Positions 40,365 to 51,705 of a DNA stretch of 64,000 nucleotides are shown here, piece by piece. The stretch's first letter is position 1. The number at the start of each line of letters is the position of its first letter. Source of the DNA: Fimbriosthenelais zetlandica. Its lineage: Eukaryota. The notes beneath the pieces are model-generated. The model saw only the letters and a list, made by a program, of their open reading frames with translations, searched no databases and was not told where the DNA came from. Position numbers and translations under genes: made by a program. Location of the stretch: NCBI GenBank assembly GCA_977030845.1, contig OZ365109.1:60202001-60266000 (forward strand), given 5' to 3'.

Positions 40365-40504
40365 GTTGAACCATGGTTGACTGGAGGGAAACAATTAGGC
40401 CCATGCAATGACCAATGATTGTGACCTGCTGCGCTCCCTCTGAACTTATCAACAAAACGGCTAGGCTCATAGGCCTAGATGACACTGGACCGTTGCCTTA
40501 ATTG
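40365..40504 (+). ncRNA. Candidate non-coding exon (lncRNA or 5' UTR)
   Basis: Bounded by gttcattttccag| and |gtaagc. 140 nt with stops in all three frames. Confidence 0.3.
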
Positions 40505-41205
40505 GTAAGCTTATTTATTTCAAATCTATTTTATTACAAATCAATTTTTTTTTATTATCTTATATGATGGCGAATTGTCATGTAAATTCATCATGCACAT
40601 GTATAGTTAAACATCAGAAAATTCTGTCACAGCAGCGAACGTCCAGTCCCTGTTGAGAAATATTAGAACTATCCTTACCGTTACATCTCTTTGCGTGAAG
40701 ATAGTTTCACCCACATTGTGTTATGGCTGCCGTGTCATATGGTTGTATCAAACATCTTAAAACACTCCCAAACTGGAATAATTATAAGATAATCAAGAGT
40801 ACAGGACAAAACCCCATATTGTACACTTATATGAACTGTATAAAGGTTGGTGACAACAGTGACAGAGTTGTCATGGCTGAAAACAAGAGGATTCAACACC
40901 CAACTCTCATGCCCATAGGCATAGGGCATAGGTGAGTGATGGTGACTGCATTGACCGTTGCTTAAAGTTAAAGCTGCTCTAACAGAAGTCTTGGATGAAA
41001 TTATCAAATGTGATTTTACAGGCTCATTTTTTGTATACAATTTAGCTACCTCATCAAGAATATACTATGATTTGTCCTATCAATCACCATACAAGTGTAA
41101 TTTTAACTATGATCACAAGATCTAGGTCAGAATGTAAGCCGACACTGTAAACATCAGGCCATCCGATGCTGCTCCACATTGAGTCAATTTCATTGATAAA
41201 TAAGC

Positions 41206-41388
41206 TGTTAAGCTAGCCATGATGGAGGAAAGGAAGACGTACAACACATGTGTCTTATCTAAAGCTTGGGACCCGAGAGAATGAGAGCTCCGCGTGGTCT
41301 TATCTTTTATTAGCAATAGTTACATACAAGCTCGTGTGGCGGCGCCACTATAAGTCAGACTAGTTATGAATGTTCACACCAGTTTACA
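41206..41388 (-). repeat. Copia 3' LTR (183 bp)
   Basis: No difference from 47933-48115 found by eye. Preceded on the minus strand by the PPT AAGTGGGGG (41389-41397). Confidence 0.96.
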
Positions 41389-41556
41389 CCCCCACTTGAA
41401 CATTTGATAACATGCTTCAAAAATTCATACAGAAACGTTTTCAGAAACTTCACATAACGTTTATCAGTTTATACAATCATGGAAATTTAACAATATATTA
41501 TACTGTCCGAAAGTGTATTCATTACAATTTAGAGTTTTGCAGTTATATAGACATAT

Positions 41557-41875
41557 TCAAAAACATTTATCATGATACTCTAACAACTTTTTCAGATAGC
41601 GTTTTTGACTCATTTTGACTTGATCATTTTCGACCTTGGATTCTATTCCTAAGAACCATGATAAGATTCCCAAGTCAGACATGTGGAATCTTTTCTTCAA
41701 CTTTGTTTTCACCTCAGACAACAAACATTCACTATCAGCAGCAAGTATTAAATCATCTAACCGGACCAACAATATAACATTACCTTGTCCATCGGTTCTG
41801 GTGTAGATGCACGCATCAACTTGTGATTGTACAAAATCATTTTGAGTTAGGTACTCTTTTAGAGTCCGATTCCAG
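41557..41875 (-). pseudogene. Copia RT distal fragment, truncated (no RNase H)
   Basis: Reads WNRTLKEYLTQNDFVQSQVDACIY...LLVRLDDLILA...MSDLGILSWFLGIE...SQKRYLKKLLEYHDKCF*. It resumes exactly where the long ORF is interrupted. The Y/WVDD motif appears as RLDD, and the frame stops before the end of RT. Confidence 0.9.
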
Positions 41876-44800
41876 CGTAATAGGCCTGTGGAACCTATAG
41901 ATACCTTGGTGTTTATTTTGACTGGTCAGGCATGGGGAAGGACATGGGATGGGGTTAACGCCCATGCACAAAGGATTCTGCACCTAGAGATAATGGGATC
42001 TTCTTATTATACAGTTATGAACTCTCATCTTAGGCCTATATCCAATTATTTTGCAACAGGTGCATGCACTTAAAGTAATGGCCCAACAATACAGGACACA
42101 ACGAATGTCCCACTGCATGCAGCCAAGCCTAATAGGGTGGCAGTCCAGTTACAGGAGCTTGTCGATCTATCTGTATAGATCTGAATAATAAACTGACAGC
42201 CGATTATGCAAAATAAAGAAACTGAAAACCATAACTACTCTGTTGGCCCATTGAAGAAAGTATTTTCAAATTGTTTTATACAAATCCTGTATAATATAGG
42301 CCTATTGAGTAGGCCTACTAGAATCTCTACATGTCTATTTTGGAAAGTGGGGCAAATGTTTGATAAAAACATAGTACTAGGCATACCCAAGAAGTCCCAT
42401 GGTACATAATGCTGCATAATGATGGTGGATTCCATATTCTACAAGCAATGACCATTTCCAAACATGAATAACCACCAGACAAAATCTTTCAATAGTAAAG
42501 TTTGTTGTGTACTTGTGACACATGTGAAAATTTACCAATGTAGACCTGCCAATATACCTTATTTAATCTACAAAACAAGATCCTTAACCAGTGGAACTTC
42601 AAACTGAAGCCATTGACATAGGCTATTTCGTGTGTGTGTCTATGGAGGCATATTTAAATAAAATGTGAAAAGAAGTGGTGTTTTGGGGAATTGGCGGTAT
42701 GCACAGCTACGCGAACCTGGCGGTATCGCTCATGTGCATACCTGTAGGGTTTTGTGTGAGCAGACATTTGTGACATGTTCTCATTAATGAATCTAAAGTT
42801 ACAAAAATTGATTTTGAGTGTTATAATGATATATATAATGACAAAATAACGCTTAGAGATGCGAAAAATAGTTATATAATTTCAATGAAATTTCAAGTAG
42901 TGAAAGCAGAAACTAGAATAAAAATCACTAGGAAACAAGAGAAAACGCACAAAGTTGAACCTTTCTCAATTTAACTCAGAAAAATAGTAAAGAAATTGTA
43001 TACTTGCTTTTAATGCAAAAATGCAAAGAGAAATAAATGCTTTCAGGCATGTAGCGCTGAAAGGGCCTGGAAAACTTTATACTCATTTAGTGAAAACGCT
43101 TCACATTTATTTAGAAACATTTTGACAACTAATTTTAATCATTGCTGACATGGGCAATGTACCAGGGATTTGTTAGCAATCAAATTCTGGCCAATACAAT
43201 TCCAATGGTACAATGAGGACTGCTGAACATGTGTTATGAACATGAATGGCATTTTATATGTATGATAATGATCATGAATATCAGAACTAAATTTATAATA
43301 TATAGAAAAGGTTGTGAGACTGAGGGTAAGTAGTTGAAGGCACATACAATATAGTCATCAGAGGCGGACAAGAGAGTAGTACAGAATATGTGAAGTAAGA
43401 AGCAGAGATCATACTGAGAAGTTGTGAAACACATAGGGATGGTGCAGGTAGAGAGGGGAAAGGGGGAGGAAGAGGAAGGGGGGGGGGGAGGGAAAGGGGG
43501 GGGGGGGGGGGAGGGAAAGGGGGGGGGGAAAGAGAAGGAGATAAGACACATCATTAAACCTCAATGAGTATAGGCTGTATATTCTAACCTAATTATGATA
43601 GGTAAAAGAGAAACATTTCTGAATTTCATTAAACCTACCAAATCAACTCATTCCTATATTTCCATCTGCTAATTATCAAAAGTACTTATGCAAAACAATC
43701 AATTATAATCTTTTCTGTCACCCGTTAGGCCAAGAAAATACCCTTGTTACTGGTACAAATATCAGTAACTTATTTGTAAATGCAGGCCCTGACATTGGTA
43801 TGTATAACAATGTCTCGTAACATAATTGTCATCAAACGCAAAGGCAATAGATTTGCTGTGGGTTAAGTGAATATGACAATTATATAGGGAATCAATGTGT
43901 GGATATTGACCATGGAAAGTGAGTTAAAAAAACAATTATTACAGTGCCGCCTCTTTATAAAATAAAATGCAACTGAAGATTTAAATTGTTCACATACAAT
44001 GGAGACTTTAGATTTTGTTTTTTCGTAAACCATACGATATATAGGAAAAAGACTATCTTGAATTAAATAGGGCATATTAGAGCAATGTCAAATGAATGAG
44101 TGGAGTTAGAATAGGCCTAGAAAAGGGAAAAAGAGATTGTATAGGCATGGTTAATTGTTTATAACATTGCCGAAAATTGTGTGTGACTGAAATTTAATTT
44201 AATGTGTATTATAGGGATATAGCAGTAGCAGGTTTACAAGATGCATGGCAGTAAAAAAAACATCGTGTAGATCATTGTTGCAAATATAGACGTACCAAAT
44301 GTGCGAATGGGAAGTCTATGGCGTATATATGCTGTGGTGGTTTTACCCTAAATGAATGACCCAATGTTTTTTCTCTATGTTGACCAGGCAAAATAAGCTT
44401 TAGGCTATGGAAGTTGTTGATACCCAATCACTGAGTTATAATTGTTTGAATGGAATTTTCACAGATCAGTGGTCACGGTTTGAAAACGAGACCCGGTAGG
44501 GGAGTAGGGGCAAGGTACTTGAAAGCAAAGTGGATGCCTATAATATATAGTCTATACCCGGGCTCTATGTCAAGGACAAGGCGAGGCTATGGATGCTTTA
44601 TAATGTTGCTTTTAGTACAGTAACTTCACCTTGTTTAATAAATGTCTTTAAAAGGATGTCTTTTTAAACATAAAATGCTGAGGAACAGTAAGACGGTGAA
44701 CATTGAGCACAAACATGCACACCCAGTTTAGTTGGAAGTACCCCATGGATTATATTGGTTGTGTTCGAGAACCGTCGTCCTAGTAGTAAATAGTAGTAAA

Positions 44801-45055
44801 ATATTAACAGTTTTATTTTGTCAATTTGTCATCTTTTGCTTCTGATAAATTTCTTAAAAATGGCATAAGATCCAATATAGGCAATGTTTAAATCATTTCA
44901 CGCGGAAAAAATACAACGTTAATGGGGAGATTATTGAGAAATCAGCATGGAAAGATGTCTACGTGTTTGAGTCTTTTTCCTTCTTAGCGTGGGGCCCTGA
45001 TTTGGGATTTGGTATACCTTGCAGGCCTACAGAGGCCTAACTGGGGCCGATTTGA
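41876..45055. other. 3180-bp unidentified insert inside the copia RT
   Basis: Flanked by CCAG on both sides (41872-41875, 45056-45059); removing it restores GRNW-NRTL. No TIR, LTR, poly(A) or long ORF seen. Confidence 0.85.
43447..43530 (+). repeat. G/A-rich tract with long G-runs
   Basis: GGGGAAAGGGGGAGG...G-runs. It gives the spurious poly-Pro ORF 43234-43554. Confidence 0.85.
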
Positions 45056-47947
45056 CCAGTTTCGACCACTTTGTTTCAATCCATAGAGAGACTTGTTTAG
45101 TCTCCACACACAGTTTACATCGTTACCAGTAGCTTCATAGCCTTTAGGCGGATCAATATATATTTCTTCTTCATTGGGTGCGTTCAAATAGGCTGTCTTC
45201 ACATCAAGCTGATGTACAATAAGATTGTTTTGGGCAGCCACCTGGGCTAATCCCCTTAGTGAGGTCATCTTTGCTTTTGGGCTGAAGGTTTCTTTATAAT
45301 CAATGCCCTCTACCTGACTATAACCTTTCGCAACATATCTGGCTTTATATCGCACCTCTTTACTTGCACCTTCTTTATCATTATACACCCATCGACCCCC
45401 CACTGTCTTCCTACCATCTGGTAAAGGGGTTACAGAGTAGGTGTCATTTTCCCTCAGAGACTCCATTTCTGTCTCCATGGCATCTCTCCAACAATTTGAG
45501 TCAATGGTTTCCACATAGGTTTGAGGTAGACCCAACACTTTATAACAATAATCAACATTACAATTTACCTTCTCACCGCTAACATAATCATCTAACCTTT
45601 TGGGCGGGCGCCTGTCTCTGGCGGGGTACCTTGCCTCCCTTACCTCTTGGTTACCTTGGGCTCCCTGCGCCTCGTTTCCCTGGTTTTCTACATTTTCATT
45701 TTGTTCATCGCGATCATAATTCTCAATTAACACATCTTCAATTGGCATAGGGGCATTGATAGGACCTTCTTCTATTATGTCAGTGAATCTGACGTTCCTG
45801 TATTTCTTTACATTTCCCGTATCTGGGTGATACACTAAGTATGCAGGGCTTCCCCTGTCGTATCCTACAAACCTTCCCTTTTTGCTTTTAGCATCCAACT
45901 TCTTCTTGTAATCATTATCATATGCATAACACACACTCCCGAATACATGCATCTTTGAAACATCTGGTTTCTTACCAACAAACATGGAAAATGGTGTCTG
46001 CTCTATACGTTGGTTGTAACATCTGTTTCTGATATAAGCAGATGCCATAACCGCATACGTCCACAGGTTTTTAGGCAACTTTGCCTCTAACAACATACAT
46101 CTGGCCATTTCAAAGAGTGTTCTCCATCCCCTTTCGGCCGAACCATTTTGGTGTGGTGAAAATGGTGCTGATGTCTCGTGTTTAATCTGATTTTTAATCA
46201 GTACATCTCTGAATTCTTTACATGTATACTCGGTACCGTTATCGCTTCTTACACATTTTATCTTGCCATATGGCGCACAATCAGCTAGGAAACGCTCTAA
46301 TGCTTTCACAGAATCACTTTTATGTTTCAAAAAGTATACAAAAATAATACCAGAAAAATCATCTGTAAAGGATATTGCGTACCTAAAGCCCTCTCTGGCT
46401 GTTGGATCAATTGGTCCAGCAAGGTCGGTGTGAACCATCTCGAGAATAGATGTAGCCCTTTGTCTCGGAATGCTACTTTGTGGGTTCGTTTGTTTTCCCA
46501 TGGCACATGTTTCACAGTTGAACTTTTCTTTACTAATACACATACCTTCTGATACCTTTTCAAGCTGTATGATATCAGGAACATTGCAATGTCCGAGGAT
46601 ATTATGCCATGTTTTCAAGTCGCAAACTCGGTTCACACAGTCAATAATTATGTCACTTTCACACTTCAAATAATATAGGCGTCCCTGCTGTTTTATAGCG
46701 AACTTGGTTCCATCTGGAGTCGTCATGTACGATTGTTCCTGTCTCAGTGTTACTATTGCTCCTTTCTGTGTCGCCACTTGCACAGAGAATATGTTGTGTG
46801 GATATGTCGGGATGTAGAGTGCATTTTGGAGGGTTATTTTCACATGTCTACCTTTATCGTTTTGTATCACTACCATGGCGTCTCCCCGCTTCATGGCTAC
46901 ATTATTGGTCCTACTACCGTCAGCCAGTTCGATGTAATGTTCACTAGGTAGAAAGGAATTATCAAAACGTGTGAAAAGAGACTCATCTGTAACAATGTGG
47001 GTTGTGGCGCCACAATCAACTAGTAGTGAATATTTGTTGTTTGAAACATCCGTTGAATTCAGTTTGAACACAAACGAATGACTATCACTCGTGTCTGCCA
47101 CACTGCCTCCATCTCCTACTACTTTTGCCCTATCAGTCGTTCTCCCGCCATGTGCGTTCTGCCCGCCATGTGCGTTCTGCCATCTACACGACTGGTCTGT
47201 GTGGTTAGAGCGTTTACACCAGCTACACCACATGCTCTTCCCGTACTGTTTCTGATTTTGTCCACAGTTCATGGCCATGTGGCCGTATTTCCTACATTTA
47301 TAACACTGTCTATTATTTCTCTTTGACTCCGCATTCATAACACTGTCCTCAGTGACGGATCTTGCCGTCTCTGTATCTTCATAGCTTCTTAGCATGACTT
47401 TAAATTCTTGGAACGACACTTCTCTCTCCCTTTGTGTTACAACAACTACAAACGACTTGTATCTATCAGGCAGGCCTTTTAGAACCATTGCTGTTAACAG
47501 GCTATCACTCACCAGTTCACCAGTATTTCTTAGTGCTGTGGCGGCCTTCTCTGCTTTGATGATGTAGTCGGTGATGGATTCATCCGATCCTTTAACTAGG
47601 GAAGTCAGTTCCGTATATAGCGCGATAATCCTGGGTTTTCCTGTACCCGCATAATGTGCCCTCAATATGGCCATCGCTCTCCTTCCATCGTCAGCTGCAT
47701 CCCTCATAACCAACGACAGGCTTCTATCATCTAGGAACTGTATTAGCTCGGCAAAGGCTTCTTCGTTTTTGGCGGCAAATCCTTCTGGCTCCACAGCATT
47801 GGTTTCCAGTTGAATAGTTTCCTTTAATTTCCTGAGCTTCATGTATCCTAGGAACTTGCTCTCCCATAGCTCGTATTTCTGTTCATCTCCATCGAAAAAT
47901 AATCTGCTCCAGCGGTTGCTGGGCCCATAACCTGTTAAGCTAGCCAT
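45056..47947 (-). CDS. Copia gag-pol polyprotein (gag, two CCHC knuckles, protease, integrase, N-terminal RT), interrupted at 45056
   Basis: Likely start MASLTGYGPSNRW (ATG 47947). CYKCRKYGHMAMNC and CSWCKRSNHTDQSC knuckles; protease LVDCGATTHI; WHNILGH...CETC; integrase HTDLAGP, SDNGTEY, NGSAER; RT YKARYVAKGYSQVEGIDY, QLDVKTAYLN, SLYGLKQSGRNW. No stops across ~960 codons. Confidence 0.95.
47918..47932 (-). other. Primer-binding site complementary to the 5' half of tRNAiMet
   Basis: Minus strand GGTTATGGGCCCAGC directly follows the 5' LTR. The plus strand GCTGGGCCCATAACC matches the anticodon-arm region of initiator tRNA-Met, the PBS type known from Drosophila copia. Confidence 0.9.
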
Positions 47948-48115
47948 GATGGAGGAAAGGAAGACGTACAACACATGTGTCTTATCTAAAGCTTGGGACC
48001 CGAGAGAATGAGAGCTCCGCGTGGTCTTATCTTTTATTAGCAATAGTTACATACAAGCTCGTGTGGCGGCGCCACTATAAGTCAGACTAGTTATGAATGT
48101 TCACACCAGTTTACA
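47933..48115 (-). repeat. Copia 5' LTR (183 bp)
   Basis: TGTAAACTGG...GCTAGCTTAACA on the minus strand; contains the gag ATG. Confidence 0.96.
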
Positions 48116-48438
48116 TAAGCAATCAAAACTGTCTAAAATCATACAAATTAATGATAAGTGAGACTGAACCTGATTGAACTGTGAAGAATTTACTGGTATA
48201 TTCATGTCATATCTGGTGTGGGACAGTAGGCCTATATAGAGTAGCGATGACGGACGAGCGGCCGCGAACCCGCTTGCTATTCTGTCAAGTGCTAAACTGT
48301 CAATAAGTTTGTGTCACACTCAGAGCTTCAAACTCTCTATTTCCTCCTTCTAAATAGTGTACTAGGGGTAGAAATACCTGGATAATTGATTTCTGGCATA
48401 AGAATCGGGGTTTTTTTGTACATAAACTGTAGTAATTG

Positions 48439-48492
48439 CCGGAAATGCGCGCCTATCTCAGAGCGAAGGAGGCCCAATGGGCGCCGCCATTT
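48439..48492 (+). promoter_or_regulatory. CpG-rich promoter-like island with ETS (CCGGAAAT) and YY1-like (GCCGCCATTT) motifs
   Basis: Motifs at 48439-48446 and 48483-48492, with local CpG enrichment from 48240 to 48500. Confidence 0.4.
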
Positions 48493-49019
48493 GCTTTTTG
48501 GAGCTCCATGATAGAAATGGCTCTCTTAGTGTGAATTATAAGCCAATCAGCATCAAAGTTGGCAACTATGGTGTTTTGTTTTGTATGCTGTTTTCATGTA
48601 AACAAGAGTCACATTTCCTTAGATATCCAGAGAAACGCGCCTACGTGCAGCATGACCATGCTTCGTTTACAAATAGCTCGTACTTCTGGTTGTTGTCGGC
48701 AGCTCCGACTCCGATCAAAACTATCTTCACAGTAGCCTATCTACATAAATATAAAAAAACCCCATAAAACAAAACATTAAAAATCCCCAAATATTTTATT
48801 CCGGCCTCGATCTTTATATAGATCTCCAAAAGTGTTTTCCTTGATTAGGCCTAATAAGGCCTAGGCCTAGGCTATAGGCTCTAATAATTTCAATAGGCAT
48901 AGGCCGAGGTTTTAGTGTAGGCTACCGGGTAGGCTACTGGTAATCAATAATAAATCAATCAGTAGTTGTTATGAATCATTTTCGATGCCACAAATACATA
49001 GGTCTTTTCAATTTTCCAG

Positions 49020-49185
49020 GCCTGGGAATGATCTGCACGGGCTGAAAGCTAGCTGAATCATATGGCGTCTGTGGTAACCACCAATGTGATTCAGGCGCCC
49101 TCTATCAATACTAACAACCACTACATGTATACACTACTGTCAGTAGGTGCACCCATGGCGCCATCCACCGTCACCGTCACACCAT
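49020..49185 (+). other. Candidate exon with ATG (49062) encoding MASVVTTNVIQAPSINTNNHYMYTLLSVGAPMAPSTVTVTP
   Basis: Bounded by ttttcaattttccag| and |gtgagt. Frame is open from the ATG to the donor. No downstream in-frame exon identified. Confidence 0.35.
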
Positions 49186-50829
49186 GTGAGTAGACCTAGA
49201 TGCATATGTTTTCATTTTAGTTTGTGATAACTTCATGGGGAATCGGAATGCCTTTTATTTATTTGATCAATGTAAACTCTTGATCACCTCATGATGTATT
49301 AATGGTGATTTATTTTTATTTTGGACAGTTAAACTAGGCCTTAATGGAAGTGTCGTTTGTTTAATTTGACCCAAGCTTCACTGTTTACATTAAAATTAGT
49401 AATTAAGTAAATTGATTGGCAGCCCTGGATTGGCAGTAACGTTAGTGCTAAAATAAGATAATATGAATAACTTGTGGTTCTCTATACATGAAGGGTTATT
49501 TGAATTTGTCAAAAGCAGAAGAAATACTGCGCTCCGGTATTAGTGACCTAGAATAGATGTTAATTTTATAGGTCCTTAAATATATGTGTCCAGTTCCAAT
49601 ATATATTTATATAAAAACAAACGAAAGCTAGGAAGGTTCATCCCGATAATACATATATTTCGTGGTACCCGGTACTCCTTTTATTGCATAATAATATCTA
49701 TAAGCCTATTATTTACAAATTGAGTTGAATAATTAGTTTGTTTGGCTATAGGCTACAGAGGTATACCCGTAAATAGTTAATTCAATTTGAGTAATTTTCA
49801 AATTATATTATAGGGGTCAAAATTAAATTCATTGTGACTTGGTCAAATATATGAGTGACAAAATGCTAAAATTTTAAATTAAAACATGAACGTACATGAT
49901 TTTATAAATGAATTTTTAACCTTTAATGGCTAATCATAGTCTAAGTACAGTATGTACCGGTACGAGTCGGTAGGCTAAATGATCAGATTATTGGAGTTTT
50001 TTAAAATCAGATATTTGTCACAAGTAGGCACCGTGATGATACATTATAACAAAGATTGTTGATAGTATTGTTAAACAACCGTGCAATAACAATTATTGTT
50101 TAATTATATACGTTCATATGGACTGTAAGGTCTGCAGGTGGGATGAAATACACGTTTAGGGTATAATATATGAGTAAGTCGTGGTGAGGCAGCACTGCAG
50201 AGGCCTTGTCCATGGCCCAGGCAAAATAGTAGAAATATGCAATAAATTCACACAGAATTAAAAGGTGTAGGTATTTCTGAATTAGTATTAATCCTGTCAC
50301 TAGTGTCAGATCTTAATTTGAACTTTAATGAATTACAACGAATTTACTCGTATTCCAAGTCTGTTTCATATCCATGGCAACTACATATATACATGTATAT
50401 TATGTGGTTTTCAAAATAAGATAAATAGCATGCAATAGGAAAGATAGCTATAATTTTTATTTTGGCCTAACCATTTGAGTTCGAGTTGACTATCACTGCC
50501 ATTGAACTGGGCCTGACCCCCACAAAAATGATCAAAAACAGAAATAATGACTGAAATAAAAAAACTCAATCTAAATACAAAGCTTCTCCCAGCTCCGTAC
50601 ATTCAGATGTGTGTAACATAAAATAAAAATAAATCTGTGAATAAATAAATGAATAAATTAATGAATTAGGAAGAAGCTTATCATATGTCACTCCGGGTAA
50701 ATTAGGCCTATGATTTATTACATTTTAGATATAATTATTGGGTTTTCCCACTTTTTTATATATAAATTGGTGACCTAATTTTTTTATAGTGGTAATAAAT
50801 AAATGCCCTTAGCATTTTATGTATTTCCG

Positions 50830-51247
50830 CAGGGGTAGAAATTAGGAATATTTTTATCAACCAGCCGGGCCAGCAGATAACTGAATTTTTACTTAGACCG
50901 TCTGTAATCTATCTGGACCGATCATTTATGATCATGACGGTTGTAAGTTCTTTGAGGGATACAGAATACAAATAAACATGTTTTTTTGTCTAATAATTTT
51001 AATAACCAGTTGAGTTGCAGTTGAACTGGGCCTGTTAACACCAACAAATAACTAATGAAAATCAGAAATTATTACGGTGGTACTGAAATGAAATAATATT
51101 TAACAAATAATAAGTTATAAACTGAAGTATCAGTTTCATATCAGATTTTTATCTAGACCACCGGGCCACATAACATGTGATCTTATCTAGACCGAAGGTT
51201 TTTTTACTGGCCTCGGGCCACCGGTCTTGCCTTAATTTCGAACCCTG
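50830..51247. mobile_element. hAT-like MITE, 418 bp
   Basis: TIR CAGGGGTAGAAATTA versus CAGGGTTCGAAATTA (reverse complement of 51233-51247). No clean 8-bp TSD. A lone TIR-like copy lies at 48363. Confidence 0.6.
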
Positions 51248-51554
51248 ATTTCATATGAGGCATTTTCAAATGTATTTGGCCATTATTGCCATTATTATGT
51301 TTGGTGTCTGATGTTGAAGTATGGTGTCTGATGTTAATATTTCTAAAAATAATTAACTGTATATTATATAGTCTTCTCACTGTATATTATATTTTTGCTT
51401 GTTTTAATATTTTAGATATCATTTAAAATATTATATTTTAATATCTTCTATTTCCCTTCTGGATAGCTCTGACAGACAGCCCTCTCCCTGAAGGATGACA
51501 AGGTCAACGTCAAGGTCACGTGAGGTCATGAGGTCAACACTCCAATACGACGGC

Positions 51555-51705
51555 CACTACACTCATCACCACTGCACTCGCCACCACTGCGATCACCACC
51601 ACTGCGTTCACCACCACTGCACTCGCCACCACTGCACTCACCATTACTGCACTTGCCATCACTCCACTCACTACCACTCCACACACAACCACTCCACACA
51701 CCTTC
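51555..51705. repeat. 15-bp minisatellite (consensus about CACCACTGCACTCGC), degenerating 3'
   Basis: Units read directly. Open in all three forward frames (His/Cys-rich, Thr-rich, SPPL-rich). Confidence 0.85.

Larger units (their letters stand above)
41206..48115 (-). mobile_element. Ty1/copia LTR retrotransposon, young insertion but defective RT/RNase H
   Basis: Paired 183-bp LTRs with TG...CA ends. 5-bp TSD TAAGC at 41201-41205 and 48116-48120. PBS and PPT present. Domain order gag-PR-IN-RT. Confidence 0.97.

Noticed and set aside
41122-41316. 64-aa ORF identical to the start of the long ORF
   Set aside because: It is just the 3' LTR copy reading into flanking DNA.
43234-43554. Poly-Pro ORF
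   Set aside because: Generated by the G-run tract.
41876-45055. Insert as a Helitron or TIR transposon
   Set aside because: No A|T insertion site, no CTRR end or hairpin, and only an 8-bp TAGGCCTG inverted match, which is a common motif in this window.
44984-48043. ORF track's 1019-aa protein taken at face value
   Set aside because: The first 32 aa come from an alternative start in the LTR, and the tail SNRPQLGL...RAPR comes from the insert. The real frame is 47947-45056.
51555-51705. CRISPR-like array
   Set aside because: Contiguous 15-bp units with no unique spacers, in eukaryotic DNA with no cas genes.
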